A DNA stretch of 64,000 nt, taken from assembly GCA_026395685.1 (NCBI GenBank), contig JAPLYG010000016.1, positions 1,035 through 65,034 on the forward strand, read 5' to 3'. This DNA is from Candidatus Parcubacteria bacterium. Lineage in GTDB: Bacteria; Patescibacteriota; Patescibacteriia; CAIXNZ01. Below, piece by piece: positions 1 through 10,036 of this stretch. The translations under genes and the position numbers were made by a program. Every line of letters starts with the position of its first letter. Within the stretch, counting starts at the first letter, position 1. The notes beneath the pieces were generated by a model. It ran no database searches and had not been told where the DNA came from. It was given only the letters and a program-made list of their open reading frames with translations.

Positions 1-54
1 TACATAGAGATGAATTTTGTTGACTTTCATATTCGAAATTTATTTTTAAAATAC

Positions 55-939
55 TCATTTCCCATTTCTTAATTCATCCAGAAATTTTACCACATTCAAT
101 TCCGGGTAAACGCTTATCCTGGTTAAAGCGAATAAATCATCGGGATTTTGCCAGGCATCCTGATCAAAGGTCAACCCGCTGATGTAACCGGCGCTTTTAG
201 TCTTGTTTTTTATTTCTTCATTATATAGCCCAAAAGGATAAGCCAGGATATTCACCTGTTTATTTAAAAGTTTTTCCAGAAATTCTTTGGAATTAGCCAG
301 CTCAGAATCAATTTCCTCGCTTGTTGCTTTGGTCAATTTCGGATGCCAGACCGTGTGCGAACCGAATTCAACCAGACCGAATTTATCCAATTCTTTTATC
401 TGCTCCTCGGTCAGCCAATCCTCTCCCCTAACCCCTGTCATAATATACATTGATGATTTAACTTGGTACTTCTGCAAAATTGGCCAGGCATTGGTGTAAA
501 AATCCTCATTGCCGTCATCAAAAGTAATGACCATTATTTTATTTTCGGGGATTTGCATTGTCTGCAAATATGAGACAGCCTCGCTGGCAAATACTGCATG
601 GTAACCGTTGTCCATTAAACTTTTAAGCAAAGCTTCAAATTTTTTGGGCTCCAGATAAAAACTTTTACTGATTTTATCAGCGTGCTGAGGGGCTGTACCG
701 ATATGGTGAAAATTTAAAATCGGTAAAAAGGTTGTCTCTCCCGGCTCAATTTTCTTCATTCCGTCATTAATCGCATTTTCTTTTTGCGCTGACGCACTTT
801 CAGTCGAGTCTTGCCAATTATAATCAGAAGGCTGGGATTTAATATTGATAGCCAGATGATCAAGCAAAATAATTATCGCGGCTACCAATAGCCCGATCAT
901 TATATTGATAATTAAATTAAAGTGTTTGTCATTATCCAT
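55..939 (-). CDS. Polysaccharide deacetylase (NodB-homology domain), membrane-anchored
   Basis: N-terminal TM helix; NodB-type motifs 'ITFDDG', 'LNFHHIG', 'YIMTG' in the translation. Confidence 0.6.
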   Translation of the reverse strand: MDNDKHFNLIINIMIGLLVAAIIILLDHLAINIKSQPSDYNWQDSTESASAQKENAINDGMKKIEPGETTFLPILNFHHIGTAPQHADKISKSFYLEPKKFEALLKSLMDNGYHAVFASEAVSYLQTMQIPENKIMVITFDDGNEDFYTNAWPILQKYQVKSSMYIMTGVRGEDWLTEEQIKELDKFGLVEFGSHTVWHPKLTKATSEEIDSELANSKEFLEKLLNKQVNILAYPFGLYNEEIKNKTKSAGYISGLTFDQDAWQNPDDLFALTRISVYPELNVVKFLDELRNGK

Positions 940-1063
940 ATTTTCCTTAATTTTAGCATTGATTAACTTATAAAGGCAAATAAAAGAGCCCCTTTTTAGG
1001 ACTCCTTAATATACCGCTAATCAAATTACCAATTACTGATTACTTATTATTAATTTCCCCTAT

Positions 1064-1528
1064 CTACTTTATTCTATTCAGCTTTTTTATCAACTCATGA
1101 TGATCCATGGTAATAATATGCAAATCATGAATTATATTACAGGCGTTTTGCGTATATTTGCGTCGGGGCAATAATTGCCAATGAATATGAGCGATTGAGC
1201 AGCCAGAATATTGGCCGATATTAATACCGCAATTAAATGAATCAGTCTCAAAAAGCCGGCCCAAAGCTTTTTTACTTTTTTCCAACAATTTAAAAAATTC
1301 CGACTGTTCTTCAGTATTTAAATCTTCCAGCTGACAAATATGACGTTTGGGAATTAACATTAAATTCCCGTCTAAATAAGGATATTTATTGGCAAAAACC
1401 AGCCAGTACTTGCCTTCCAAACTCTTGACTGACTGCTGTTTAATCACTTTAGGATCGCAAAAAGAACAAGTCTTGATTTTATTTTTGATCTTGCGGTATT
1501 GCGCACGACCTTTTTCTAAAACTTTCAT
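1064..1528 (-). CDS. HIT-superfamily protein of the HxHxQ (GalT/Apa2-like) branch
   Basis: 'CSFCDP' Zn-like N-terminus and 'IAHIHWQLLPR' histidine-triad variant. Confidence 0.5.
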   Translation of the reverse strand: MKVLEKGRAQYRKIKNKIKTCSFCDPKVIKQQSVKSLEGKYWLVFANKYPYLDGNLMLIPKRHICQLEDLNTEEQSEFFKLLEKSKKALGRLFETDSFNCGINIGQYSGCSIAHIHWQLLPRRKYTQNACNIIHDLHIITMDHHELIKKLNRIK

Positions 1529-1598
1529 ATTATTTACTAAATTTATTAAATAAAAAAAGCCAGCTATACATATAATATAGCATGGCTAAAATTTTTTG

Positions 1599-2066
1599 TC
1601 AGGACTTTTTAATCCTTTCCATAATCTGCGAAGTGCTCATGTCAGGATGAGAATTACCGAATTCAACGACTTTAATGCCAAGATCACCAGCGATATGGCG
1701 TTTTTCCTCGTTTCTGGCAGCAGAAGTAGTGCTGGAGACAACCAGAATGTCAGGGTTAACCAGCGTAATCAAGAGGTTAATATCGTCAAAAATTACCACA
1801 TTATCCACACCTTTAATGGCTGCTACAACTTCTGCCCGGTATTTTCCCGGAATAATCGGGCGATTCTGCCCCTTCATCTTTTTAACCAAGGCATCGGAAT
1901 TTACGCCCACGACCAGATAGTCCCCCAAAGCAGCTGCATCACACAAATATTTGACATGGCCGACATGAAAAAGATCAAAGACACCGGCAGTTAACACAAT
2001 CTTTTTACCGATTTGTCTTCGCCGGCTAACACTCTCCGATAATTGCGACATCAATAAAACTGCCAT
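1599..2066 (-). CDS. Small cytidylyl/adenylyltransferase (RfaE domain II / TagD-like)
   Basis: 'GVFDLFHVGHVKYL' HxGH nucleotidyltransferase motif, ~155 aa. Confidence 0.6.
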   Translation of the reverse strand: MAVLLMSQLSESVSRRRQIGKKIVLTAGVFDLFHVGHVKYLCDAAALGDYLVVGVNSDALVKKMKGQNRPIIPGKYRAEVVAAIKGVDNVVIFDDINLLITLVNPDILVVSSTTSAARNEEKRHIAGDLGIKVVEFGNSHPDMSTSQIMERIKKS

Positions 2067-2211
2067 CTTACGCCCTCCCTACAATCTGAAAAAGCAAGTT
2101 ATAAGGATAGATTGCCGACAGTTGTTCCTGGAAATATAGTAAAGCTTTTTCTTTTTTTTGACAAGTAAAAACCCCGCAAAGCGGGGTTAATACTTAAAAA
2201 TATAGTGACTT

Positions 2212-2658
2212 TTATTTCACCGTTGCATTAACTGGTGCAGGATTTAATCCTGGCTTCTGTACAGCAACCGGACGAATCTGGATAGTTTCAGCTGAGATAC
2301 TGCCGTCAGAATTTTCTTTTCCGGTTATCATTAAATTTTGGCCGACAGCCAAATCTTCAGCTGTACCATCAACTGACTTTGATATTTTTGTGGAAGCTGA
2401 AAATAAAATTATTTTCGAGCCATTATCACGGATTTTGATAGATAAACTTTGATCATCTTTCGCAATTACTTCCCCGTTGGTAAAATTAGCGCCATTGGCC
2501 TGTCCTCGCATATTTCCGTTTGGACCTTGGCCTGTCATGCCAGGAAAATTACGAGGTCGACTTTGGCTTTTGCCATAAACCATGCCGCCGTAAAATGAAC
2601 CGCAGCCAATGGCAATGACTATGATGATAACTATAACGATGATCGAATTTTTGTTCAT
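2212..2658 (-). CDS. Hypothetical membrane-anchored/secreted protein
   Basis: ORF with N-terminal hydrophobic segment; likely ATG start at 2658 rather than the GTG at 2697. Confidence 0.4.
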   Translation of the reverse strand: MNKNSIIVIVIIIVIAIGCGSFYGGMVYGKSQSRPRNFPGMTGQGPNGNMRGQANGANFTNGEVIAKDDQSLSIKIRDNGSKIILFSASTKISKSVDGTAEDLAVGQNLMITGKENSDGSISAETIQIRPVAVQKPGLNPAPVNATVK

Positions 2659-2688
2659 AAATTTATAATTAATTATTATTGATACTGG

Positions 2689-2739
2689 CTTTGACACTTT
2701 AGTGTCAAAGCTACGACCTCAAACACTAAAGTGTTTGAG
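2689..2739. repeat. Pair of 9-bp-stem hairpins (CTTTGACAC-TTTA-GTGTCAAAG and CTCAAACAC-TAAA-GTGTTTGAG), REP-doublet-like
   Basis: Perfect palindromes read directly; cores ACTTTAGT/ACTAAAGT are inverse of each other. Confidence 0.5.
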
Positions 2740-2757
2740 CCTAAAATTAGATAAATA

Positions 2758-3978
2758 TTATTCATATCTAAGCGCCTCAATCGGATTCAAATTCGCTGCC
2801 CGGCGCGCCGGATAATAACCGAAAATAATACCGATTGCTGCTGAGACACCAAACGCTAATAAAATAGAAGACAGTGAAATACTGGTGGCAATACCACCAA
2901 AAATTCTCATACCAATGGAAATCAGCCAGCCGACTATAATGCCTATAATGCCTCCAAAAAAAGTTAAAGTAATTGCTTCAGCTAAAAACTGGCGGCTGAT
3001 CTCAATCTTCTTAGCTCCGATAGCTTTACGCAAACCTATTTCCCTGGTTCTTTCTGTCACATTGGTCAACATCATATTCATAATACCAATACCTCCGACA
3101 ACTAAAGAAATAGCGGCTACTGATGCTAAAAGCATTGTAAAGGTATTGGTAACAGAAGAAGCGGTTTCCACAATATCCGACTGATTCATGATGCTGAAAT
3201 CCGCTGAATCTGAATCTGTAATATTATGGCGAGACATTAATAAATCAGTAATTTCCTGTTCCAAGTTCGACATTGATTTTTCATCATAAGCCTGGACATT
3301 TATGGAATTGACACGCTGGTTGCCTGCCAAAAATTGCTGGGCGGTTGTCATGGGAACAAAAATAATATCATCCTGATTGCTGAAACCAGTACCTCCCTTA
3401 GAGACTGTAACTCCGACTATTTTAAATTCTATTTTATTGATACGTATTGTCTGGCCGACAGGATCAGCATCTTCACCGAAAAGATCATCTCTGACTGAGG
3501 GACCAAGCACTGCTACCCTAGCCATACTGGTTAAATTTTGAGCCGTAATAAAAACCCCGCTTTCAATTTCAATATTTCTGACTGCCGGGTAATCTGCCGT
3601 AACGCCGCTAACCGAGGTATTAGTATTAGTACCTTTGGCAGTTACCTGATAACGTCCTGATACTACCGGCGCTACAGCCTGGGCAGTGGTTTCAGTTCCT
3701 ATCGCATCAGCATCTTCCAGAGTTAAAGTCTGGGCAGAACCGCGGCCTTGGCTGACTTGAGTTCCAGCTCCCCGCTGAAAACCTGGCTGTACCATAATCA
3801 GATTGGAACCAAGATTTTGAATATTTGACTGAATACTTTGCTGTGAGCCCTGACCGATCGCAATCATCGCAATTACTGAACCGATACCGATAACAATGCC
3901 CAAAATGGTCAGGCCGGAACGGGCTTTATTGGTAATCAAAGCTGAATATGTTTCTGAGATTAAATCAGATGTTTTCAT
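2758..3978 (-). CDS. ABC transporter permease, MacB/FtsX-like
   Basis: N-terminal TM, large extracytoplasmic domain, C-terminal FtsX-type 4-TM bundle; directly downstream of ABC ATPase. Confidence 0.7.
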   Translation of the reverse strand: MKTSDLISETYSALITNKARSGLTILGIVIGIGSVIAMIAIGQGSQQSIQSNIQNLGSNLIMVQPGFQRGAGTQVSQGRGSAQTLTLEDADAIGTETTAQAVAPVVSGRYQVTAKGTNTNTSVSGVTADYPAVRNIEIESGVFITAQNLTSMARVAVLGPSVRDDLFGEDADPVGQTIRINKIEFKIVGVTVSKGGTGFSNQDDIIFVPMTTAQQFLAGNQRVNSINVQAYDEKSMSNLEQEITDLLMSRHNITDSDSADFSIMNQSDIVETASSVTNTFTMLLASVAAISLVVGGIGIMNMMLTNVTERTREIGLRKAIGAKKIEISRQFLAEAITLTFFGGIIGIIVGWLISIGMRIFGGIATSISLSSILLAFGVSAAIGIIFGYYPARRAANLNPIEALRYE

Positions 3979-3981
3979 AAA

Positions 3982-4686
3982 TTATTGTTTTATAATCTTT
4001 TTTTTACCATTTTTATTATCCTGCACAATAAGACCGTCACGAATCTGAATAATCCGATCGGCATGCTCGGCCACATCATGCTCATGAGTAATTAAAATAA
4101 TAGTATGATTTTGCTTTTCATTAAGCTCTTGAAATGTTCCCAATACTATTTCACCGGTTTTGGTATCCAGATTGCCAGTCGGTTCATCAGCCAGAATCAA
4201 TTTGGGGTTATTAACTAAGGCGCGGGCAATGGCAACACGTTGCATCTGGCCACCTGAGAGCTGATTGGATAAATGGTAATAATGAGATTCATCAAGGCCG
4301 ACATTTTTCAAAGCTTGCCTGGCGATCTTTTCCCGATCTTCCCTTTTTACCCCGGAATAGATAAAAGGCAAAAGCACATTACGCATTACCGTAGCGCGCC
4401 GCAATAAATTAAAAGACTGAAATACAAAACCAATCTTATTTTTTCTGATATCTGCCAATTCATCATCGGAAAGTTTGGCGACATCCTGTCCGTCAAAAAA
4501 ATATTGACCAGTCGTCGGCGTATCCAACGCCCCCAGAATGTGCATTAAAGTTGATTTACCAGACCCAGAGGGGCCGATAATAGCTACAAACTCTCCATCT
4601 TTAATAGTAAAAGACAAACCATTAAGCACAACCGTTTCATTATCTCCGTTAATATATTTTTTAGTAATATTTCTACATTCAATCAT
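3982..4686 (-). CDS. ABC transporter ATP-binding protein (MacB/LolD-type)
   Basis: Walker A '[10 protein letters not shown]', signature '[15 protein letters not shown]', Walker B '[11 protein letters not shown]'. Confidence 0.85.
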   Translation of the reverse strand: MIECRNITKKYINGDNETVVLNGLSFTIKDGEFVAIIGPSGSGKSTLMHILGALDTPTTGQYFFDGQDVAKLSDDELADIRKNKIGFVFQSFNLLRRATVMRNVLLPFIYSGVKREDREKIARQALKNVGLDESHYYHLSNQLSGGQMQRVAIARALVNNPKLILADEPTGNLDTKTGEIVLGTFQELNEKQNHTIILITHEHDVAEHADRIIQIRDGLIVQDNKNGKKKIIKQ

Positions 4687-4703
4687 ATAAATAAGCTATT
4701 TTT

Positions 4704-6626
4704 TTATCTGCCGGGAGCGCCGCCGCCCATCATAAACAGGCTACGATTTGACGAAGATTGAGTTGTTGTACTTCTGGCATTGGTAGATGAATTAATAGTT
4801 CGGGTTATGATCTGAGCACCCACTGCCAAACCTTCTGTAATCTCGGTATATGAATCATTTGCTAAGCCGACCTGAACAATTTGCTGTTTGGGAGTTTTCT
4901 TTAAAATAACACCGGAATTATCAGTTGTCACTTCGACTTCTTCATCTGGGATTTCCACATAATTTACTCCGCCTGCTGTTTTAATTGCAGCGTTTGGGAC
5001 CATTAAAACATCCTGTTTAATATCAGTTATTATCGCCGCTGAAACGCTCATCCCTGATTTTACTCTTTCATCTTGAGTATCGAAAACTATTTTGACATTA
5101 TAAGTTACCACGCCCTGACTAACTGTACCGATAATATCAACATCTGCCACTCTTCCGCTGATGCTTAAATCGCTGATTGCGTCAAAAGTCAAAGTAACTT
5201 TCTGATCAACCTTTACTTTGGCGACATCAACTTCATTTAAAGAAATTTCAGCCATAAATTGTTTTGTAATTAATGTAGCTATTGCAGAACCAGCAGTAAC
5301 ATCATCATTAACGTCAATATCAATTGAGGCAATAAGACCGTCAAACGGAGCCCGCACGATATAATCACTTAAAATTTCCTGCGCATCAACCAAATCATTT
5401 TGACGTTGTTGTAAGGTCAGCTCGGCAGCGCGGAGTTCAAGTACATCAGGACCGTCTTTTAATTCCTCTAAATACGCCTCTTTTTCTTTAACTGTTAATT
5501 CTGCTGACTGCAAATCGTAAGGATTATTGTAATCATAATTATCCAAATTTCTAATTGCATCAGTTAAAGCCTGCTCATTATCTCTCAAAGTTGTTTGGCT
5601 TGAAGTTAATTTTGACAAATGATTGTCAATCTGCCCGATATATCCAGCTAAATCAGACTGATAATCCCGCACGGCCTGAAATATCGACTGATCACTCGCA
5701 GAACGAATATCGACCCAAGTATCAATATAGTTCTTTTCACTTTTAGCAGCTTGGGACATAGCCCTTACAGTCTCCAGTGTTTCTGACAAGACTGCTGCAA
5801 TTTCTTCATTATTAGAATAGCGGGTAATCTTTTTATAATTTTCAAAATTTACACTATACTTAGTGCGAGCATTATTATAATCATCTATTGTGCCATTTTG
5901 CAAAATTTCAAACTCAGATTTATCCTTGGCTGAACTAATAGAGTTGATCAAAGAACTTTTATTATCCTGACCCTTGGAAAAAAAATATTCAGCGTTGCTT
6001 AAATCATTACTATAAAGCACATCTTCCAAAGCTGTAATAATCGTCGGCAAATCTATAAAGGCATCGGAAATATTGCTGAAAGCGTCATCATAGCCTTTTT
6101 CTAAATTATCAATGGCGTTTTCTTTGGCAACTTTTGCTTTTTCAATATCCAATGGCTGTGTTTGCTTTAATTGCTCTAAAGTTGCCTTGGCACGCGTTAA
6201 ATCATTTTCAGCCTGTAATAATTCCAAAGCGGTCACAGATTCCTTTAATTTATTTAACGATAACTGCGCAGTTTCCAAATTAACCTGGGCATCACGCAAT
6301 GTTTTATAAGCATCATTGGCATCAATTTTAGCTATAACATCGCCAGCCTTAACCTCCTTTCCCTTTTTTGCTGAAATACCTATTACCGTGCCAGATACTT
6401 TTGACTTTATATCCAGTTCATTTTCTGAAGATACCTGTCCGCTGCCGCTTACTGAAGTAATAATTGTCCCTTTTTCTACAGTTGCAATGACATAACGAGT
6501 CGGCTCTGATTTTCCCGTCATAGACTTTACTAAAAAGTAACCAACAATAATTAAAACGGCAATGATAACCGCAGTAACAATTTTTCTTTTAGCTACAAAC
6601 TGAAAAATTCCATTTAGTATCTTCAT
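4704..6626 (-). CDS. Periplasmic adaptor (HlyD/MacA-like) with unusually long coiled-coil insert
   Basis: N-terminal TM, beta-barrel/lipoyl-like ends, ~350 aa of heptad-rich helix; operon position with ABC ATPase/permease. Confidence 0.55.
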   Translation of the reverse strand: MKILNGIFQFVAKRKIVTAVIIAVLIIVGYFLVKSMTGKSEPTRYVIATVEKGTIITSVSGSGQVSSENELDIKSKVSGTVIGISAKKGKEVKAGDVIAKIDANDAYKTLRDAQVNLETAQLSLNKLKESVTALELLQAENDLTRAKATLEQLKQTQPLDIEKAKVAKENAIDNLEKGYDDAFSNISDAFIDLPTIITALEDVLYSNDLSNAEYFFSKGQDNKSSLINSISSAKDKSEFEILQNGTIDDYNNARTKYSVNFENYKKITRYSNNEEIAAVLSETLETVRAMSQAAKSEKNYIDTWVDIRSASDQSIFQAVRDYQSDLAGYIGQIDNHLSKLTSSQTTLRDNEQALTDAIRNLDNYDYNNPYDLQSAELTVKEKEAYLEELKDGPDVLELRAAELTLQQRQNDLVDAQEILSDYIVRAPFDGLIASIDIDVNDDVTAGSAIATLITKQFMAEISLNEVDVAKVKVDQKVTLTFDAISDLSISGRVADVDIIGTVSQGVVTYNVKIVFDTQDERVKSGMSVSAAIITDIKQDVLMVPNAAIKTAGGVNYVEIPDEEVEVTTDNSGVILKKTPKQQIVQVGLANDSYTEITEGLAVGAQIITRTINSSTNARSTTTQSSSNRSLFMMGGGAPGR

Positions 6627-7169
6627 TTATTTGGCATTAATATTTAAAGTATTATCGAAGGGGGCAGCTTTATCAGGACTATCAATAGGCGCTAAGGGCT
6701 GACCATTTAAATTGTTTTTAGGGGGTTGTGGCATAAGTCTGATCAACCTAGCTTCAATTTGCCCCTGGCTATTCGGGTCACCAATAACAACAATCACCTC
6801 ATCTATTTTTAAATCCGAGATTTTGATTGTTTGATCAAAGCTTTTTATCACTGTCTTATCGTCAGTTGAAATGACTTTTTCAATATCATTTCTTCCTTTA
6901 ATGACAATGCTATTGCCCTCAACTTTTAATATTTGCCCGAAAATCCCGTTTGCTTCCATAAAATCTCGGTCGCGAAAACCCTTTAAAAAACCTTCTTTGG
7001 GTCCGGCGAAATTACGCTGATAATTATCATTCCAATGGCAGGAAAAGTCAGCCTTTTTACCACCTACAATCATCCCCGCTTTAAAAATAAGCAAAACAAT
7101 AATTAAGATACCCAGGATGATAATAATTGCCTGAAAAGATTTGGATTGAAAAATTTTATTAATGTCCAT
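6627..7169 (-). CDS. Hypothetical membrane-anchored protein (first gene of efflux operon)
   Basis: ORF contiguous with adaptor gene; N-terminal TM. Confidence 0.4.
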   Translation of the reverse strand: MDINKIFQSKSFQAIIIILGILIIVLLIFKAGMIVGGKKADFSCHWNDNYQRNFAGPKEGFLKGFRDRDFMEANGIFGQILKVEGNSIVIKGRNDIEKVISTDDKTVIKSFDQTIKISDLKIDEVIVVIGDPNSQGQIEARLIRLMPQPPKNNLNGQPLAPIDSPDKAAPFDNTLNINAK

Positions 7170-7183
7170 ATATTTATAAATTA

Positions 7184-7600
7184 TTAAATAATATTTAATC
7201 TAAATTTTTTCGCGTTATTGGCTAACAATCTGACAGACTCGCAAAAAGCCAGAGTACATACCAACAATAAAACCAAGCTGCTTATCGGCAAGCTTTCAGC
7301 TAAAGACATTAAATAATTCTGCCAATAAGACATCAAAATTTCATGATCTGAAAAAAGCAGGGTAAAAAACTGCCAAAAGCCTGTTTCTGCCAAATTAGAT
7401 CTAAAAACCATAAACGCAAAAACAGCAGCTACAGCCGATACTGTGCTGGAAACTGCAAATAATACTACTTTCAATTTCAATATCCTGGAATTGCTTAAAG
7501 CGTTGATCCTGGAAATTATTATTGCCTGGAGTTCTGCTGGCGGCTGCGGAGAATTTAATTTTGTGAACAATCTTTCAAAATCAGGTCTCATATAACTCAA
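7184..7600 (-). CDS. Putative anti-sigma factor (membrane protein downstream of ECF sigma)
   Basis: Position immediately after ECF sigma gene; single TM region; no recognisable catalytic motifs. Confidence 0.35.
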   Translation of the reverse strand: MSYMRPDFERLFTKLNSPQPPAELQAIIISRINALSNSRILKLKVVLFAVSSTVSAVAAVFAFMVFRSNLAETGFWQFFTLLFSDHEILMSYWQNYLMSLAESLPISSLVLLLVCTLAFCESVRLLANNAKKFRLNII

Positions 7601-7667
7601 ATTAATAATAAAAAAAGACCTCCTACTATATAATACGTGGCAGGTCTTTCTTTTGGTGCAAAGTTGC

Positions 7668-8234
7668 TTACTTTTTGATTAAAAGTCTGCGTAATTGGGT
7701 AATTGCCCGTAGATGCTGGCTTTTGACTGTATTCAAGGGTTTATTTAATATCTCACTAATTTCGAAAAAGGTTAAACCATCCTTATAATGCAGGCTGACT
7801 ACTAAACGGTAACTAAAAGGTAATTTATCTAAAATTCGAGATAGTTCTTCTGCCAGATTCTGCCTATCCCAAATTTCTGATGGCAAGGGCGCCGGATCAG
7901 AATAAGCCTCTTCCAGATTAATATCGTTATAAGACGCATTCAACTCTGAAAAAGTAAGATCTTTTTTCCGCCTAAAAAAATCAAGAGCCGTATTTTTGGC
8001 AATTATATAAAGCCATGATTTAAAATTTTTTTTATGGTCAAATTTTTTCAAATTGCTCCAGACTTTTATAAATGCATTCTGAGTAATATCCTGGGCATCG
8101 GCATTGTTTTTTACAAAATAATAAACAAAACGGTAAACCGCCTGAAAATAACGGCCGATTAAAATTTCCAGAGCAGCCTGGTCATGATTTAAGAGATAAG
8201 CATTAATTAATTTCTGGTCTGTAAAATTATCCAT
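7668..8234 (-). CDS. ECF-type RNA polymerase sigma-70 factor
   Basis: Sigma-70 region 2 and region 4 HTH ('LNTVKSQHLRAITQLRRLL') in 188 aa. Confidence 0.75.
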   Translation of the reverse strand: MDNFTDQKLINAYLLNHDQAALEILIGRYFQAVYRFVYYFVKNNADAQDITQNAFIKVWSNLKKFDHKKNFKSWLYIIAKNTALDFFRRKKDLTFSELNASYNDINLEEAYSDPAPLPSEIWDRQNLAEELSRILDKLPFSYRLVVSLHYKDGLTFFEISEILNKPLNTVKSQHLRAITQLRRLLIKK

Positions 8235-8300
8235 ATAAAATAATTATTTTCAGAATAACATAGAATAAGGCAAATAGAAAGTTAATTCTTTCCCTAAATA

Positions 8301-8328
8301 AAAAAACTCCGTTTTACGGAGCTTTTTT
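8301..8328 (-). terminator. Rho-independent terminator hairpin (ctccgttttacggag) with flanking A/T runs
   Basis: Hairpin plus T-run on minus strand just 3' of the helicase tail ORF. Confidence 0.5.
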
Positions 8329-8340
8329 ATTATTTTATTT

Positions 8341-8700
8341 TTAACGTCTGCGCCTGTTAAATGGTTTTGAGCTGCTGCTGCGATGCGGACGATGAGATCT
8401 TTTAAAATTATGTGAACTCGGCTTATCATTACTTTCCTGCGACTGTGTCTGCCCCTGTTCCCGAAATTTTGGAAACTGTATATTGAATTGGTCACGTTCT
8501 CCTTGAGCCTGAAACGGACGATGTCGACGGCCGCCTTGGAACTGGAAAGGCCGTTCGCGTCTTTCACCTAACGCCTTAAATGTAGATTGTCCCTGTCTGC
8601 TTTGAGCCAAAAATGGACGATCATTTCTAGACTGGCTTCGGAAAGGGCGTTGTCCGCGACCAGCTTGAAATCTAATCTTCAGTATTATCGGGTAAATCAA
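8341..8700 (-). pseudogene. +1-frame continuation of the helicase: degenerate motif VI plus R/G/Q-rich tail with RPF repeats; likely frameshifted 3' part of same gene
   Basis: Frame-2 translation 'KIRFQAGRGQR...' aligns to canonical 'HRIGRTGRAGR'; tail resembles RhlE/DeaD C-terminal extensions. Confidence 0.45.
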
Positions 8701-9709
8701 AATTTATTACATAAGCAATATCAGTAACATCAATGCCGCGGGAAGCAATATCCGTGGCCACTAAAATGCGGTAACGTCCTGTTTTAAAGCCTTTCAAGGC
8801 TTCTGTGCGCTGCGCTAAAGAGCGGTTGGAATGAATTTCAGCAGCCGGAAAGCCCATAGCTTTTAAATTGGCGGTTATTTTTTTGGCGCCAAATTTTGTA
8901 CGGCTAAAAATCAGGACAGTCCCCTGCGTATCAGTCAGCAATTTGTCCAAAAGCCTCATTTTATTTTCCTTCGGTACGATAAATAATTCTTGCTCCACGT
9001 TTTTGGCAGCAGTGCCAGCAGGTGCAACTTCAATTCGCAAAGGCAATTTCAGATAATTGGCAGCCAATTCAGCGATTGATTGCGGCATTGTAGCGGAAAA
9101 CATAAAAGTTTGGCGTTCAGACGGAGTCGCGCTTAAGATTCTTTTAATGTCGGGAATAAAGCCGATATCAAGCATACGATCACCCTCATCTAAGACCACA
9201 ATTTTAACCTGCTGTAAGGTTAAATTTTTTTCCTTCAAATGATTGAGTAAACGGCCGGGAGTGGAAATAATTACATGCGGGTTAGCTTTAATTTTTTGTT
9301 TCTGATCATAAGCAGAAGCACCGCCGATAATAGTCGCTGTTTTCAAACCGATATTTCTACCGATTTGCTGAAAAACATCATCAACCTGCAAAGCTAATTC
9401 GCGGGTCGGCAGTAAAATCAAAGCCTGGCCTTTTTTCTCAGCCAAAATCTGAATAATCGGCAAAGCAAAAGCAAGAGTTTTACCCGTGCCTGTTTGGGCA
9501 ATACCCACGATGTCTTTTCCTGCCAAAGCCAAAGGAATGCATTGTTCCTGAATTGGAGTAGGTTGGGAAAATTTAAGATTGGCCAGAATCTGCAATAATT
9601 TTGGCGAAACGCCTAAATCAGCAAAACTGGCAGTTTTTTTGTTAACTGTTGTCATATTTTTAATTAATTTGACCCGAGTTCCTTGGTGGGCCAAATCAAT
9701 ATGACACAT
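8672..9709 (-). CDS. DEAD-box RNA helicase core (Q, I, Ia, Ib, II='DEGD', III 'SAT', IV, V), ends before motif VI
   Basis: 'AQTGTGKT', 'TPGRL', 'VLDEGDRML', 'FSAT', 'RGIDV' motifs; stop immediately after 'INFDLPDNTED'. Confidence 0.8.
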   Translation of the reverse strand: MCHIDLAHQGTRVKLIKNMTTVNKKTASFADLGVSPKLLQILANLKFSQPTPIQEQCIPLALAGKDIVGIAQTGTGKTLAFALPIIQILAEKKGQALILLPTRELALQVDDVFQQIGRNIGLKTATIIGGASAYDQKQKIKANPHVIISTPGRLLNHLKEKNLTLQQVKIVVLDEGDRMLDIGFIPDIKRILSATPSERQTFMFSATMPQSIAELAANYLKLPLRIEVAPAGTAAKNVEQELFIVPKENKMRLLDKLLTDTQGTVLIFSRTKFGAKKITANLKAMGFPAAEIHSNRSLAQRTEALKGFKTGRYRILVATDIASRGIDVTDIAYVINFDLPDNTED

Positions 9710-10036
9710 TTGAGGTTCGAGTCCTGCAGCAATAAAAGCTGCTTATTTAGTTGAGATATTCATTATACTACATTAAATTGTTATTGTCAATTAAACACCC
9801 CCAAGTCGAGACTTTTAAATGATTTAATACTATTTCTAAATCTTGACTTTCCAAGGTTTTTTGTATAAAATAAGAATAACTGTTTCTGAATATTTTTAGT
9901 GTTTAATATTCAATATTTCAAAATCGGTGGGCTGGTCGGAGCAGGAAAGCGGTTGAACTATAAATTTATAAGACACGTATCACAATTAACGATATACGAA
10001 ACGAACATCGATACCGATTAACGTTTCACGATTTTT

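Noticed and set aside
2885-3184. Plus-strand 99-aa ORF inside the ABC permease gene (and similar antisense ORFs 5555-5746, 18461-18691, 21096-21503, 25063-25299, 32213-32416, 58725-59000 etc.)
   Set aside because: Fully embedded antisense to well-supported genes, no RBS; typical shadow ORFs.
8250-8567. 105-aa ORF overlapping the helicase R/G-rich tail in another frame
   Set aside because: Overlaps the more plausible tail frame and has no motifs; likely spurious.
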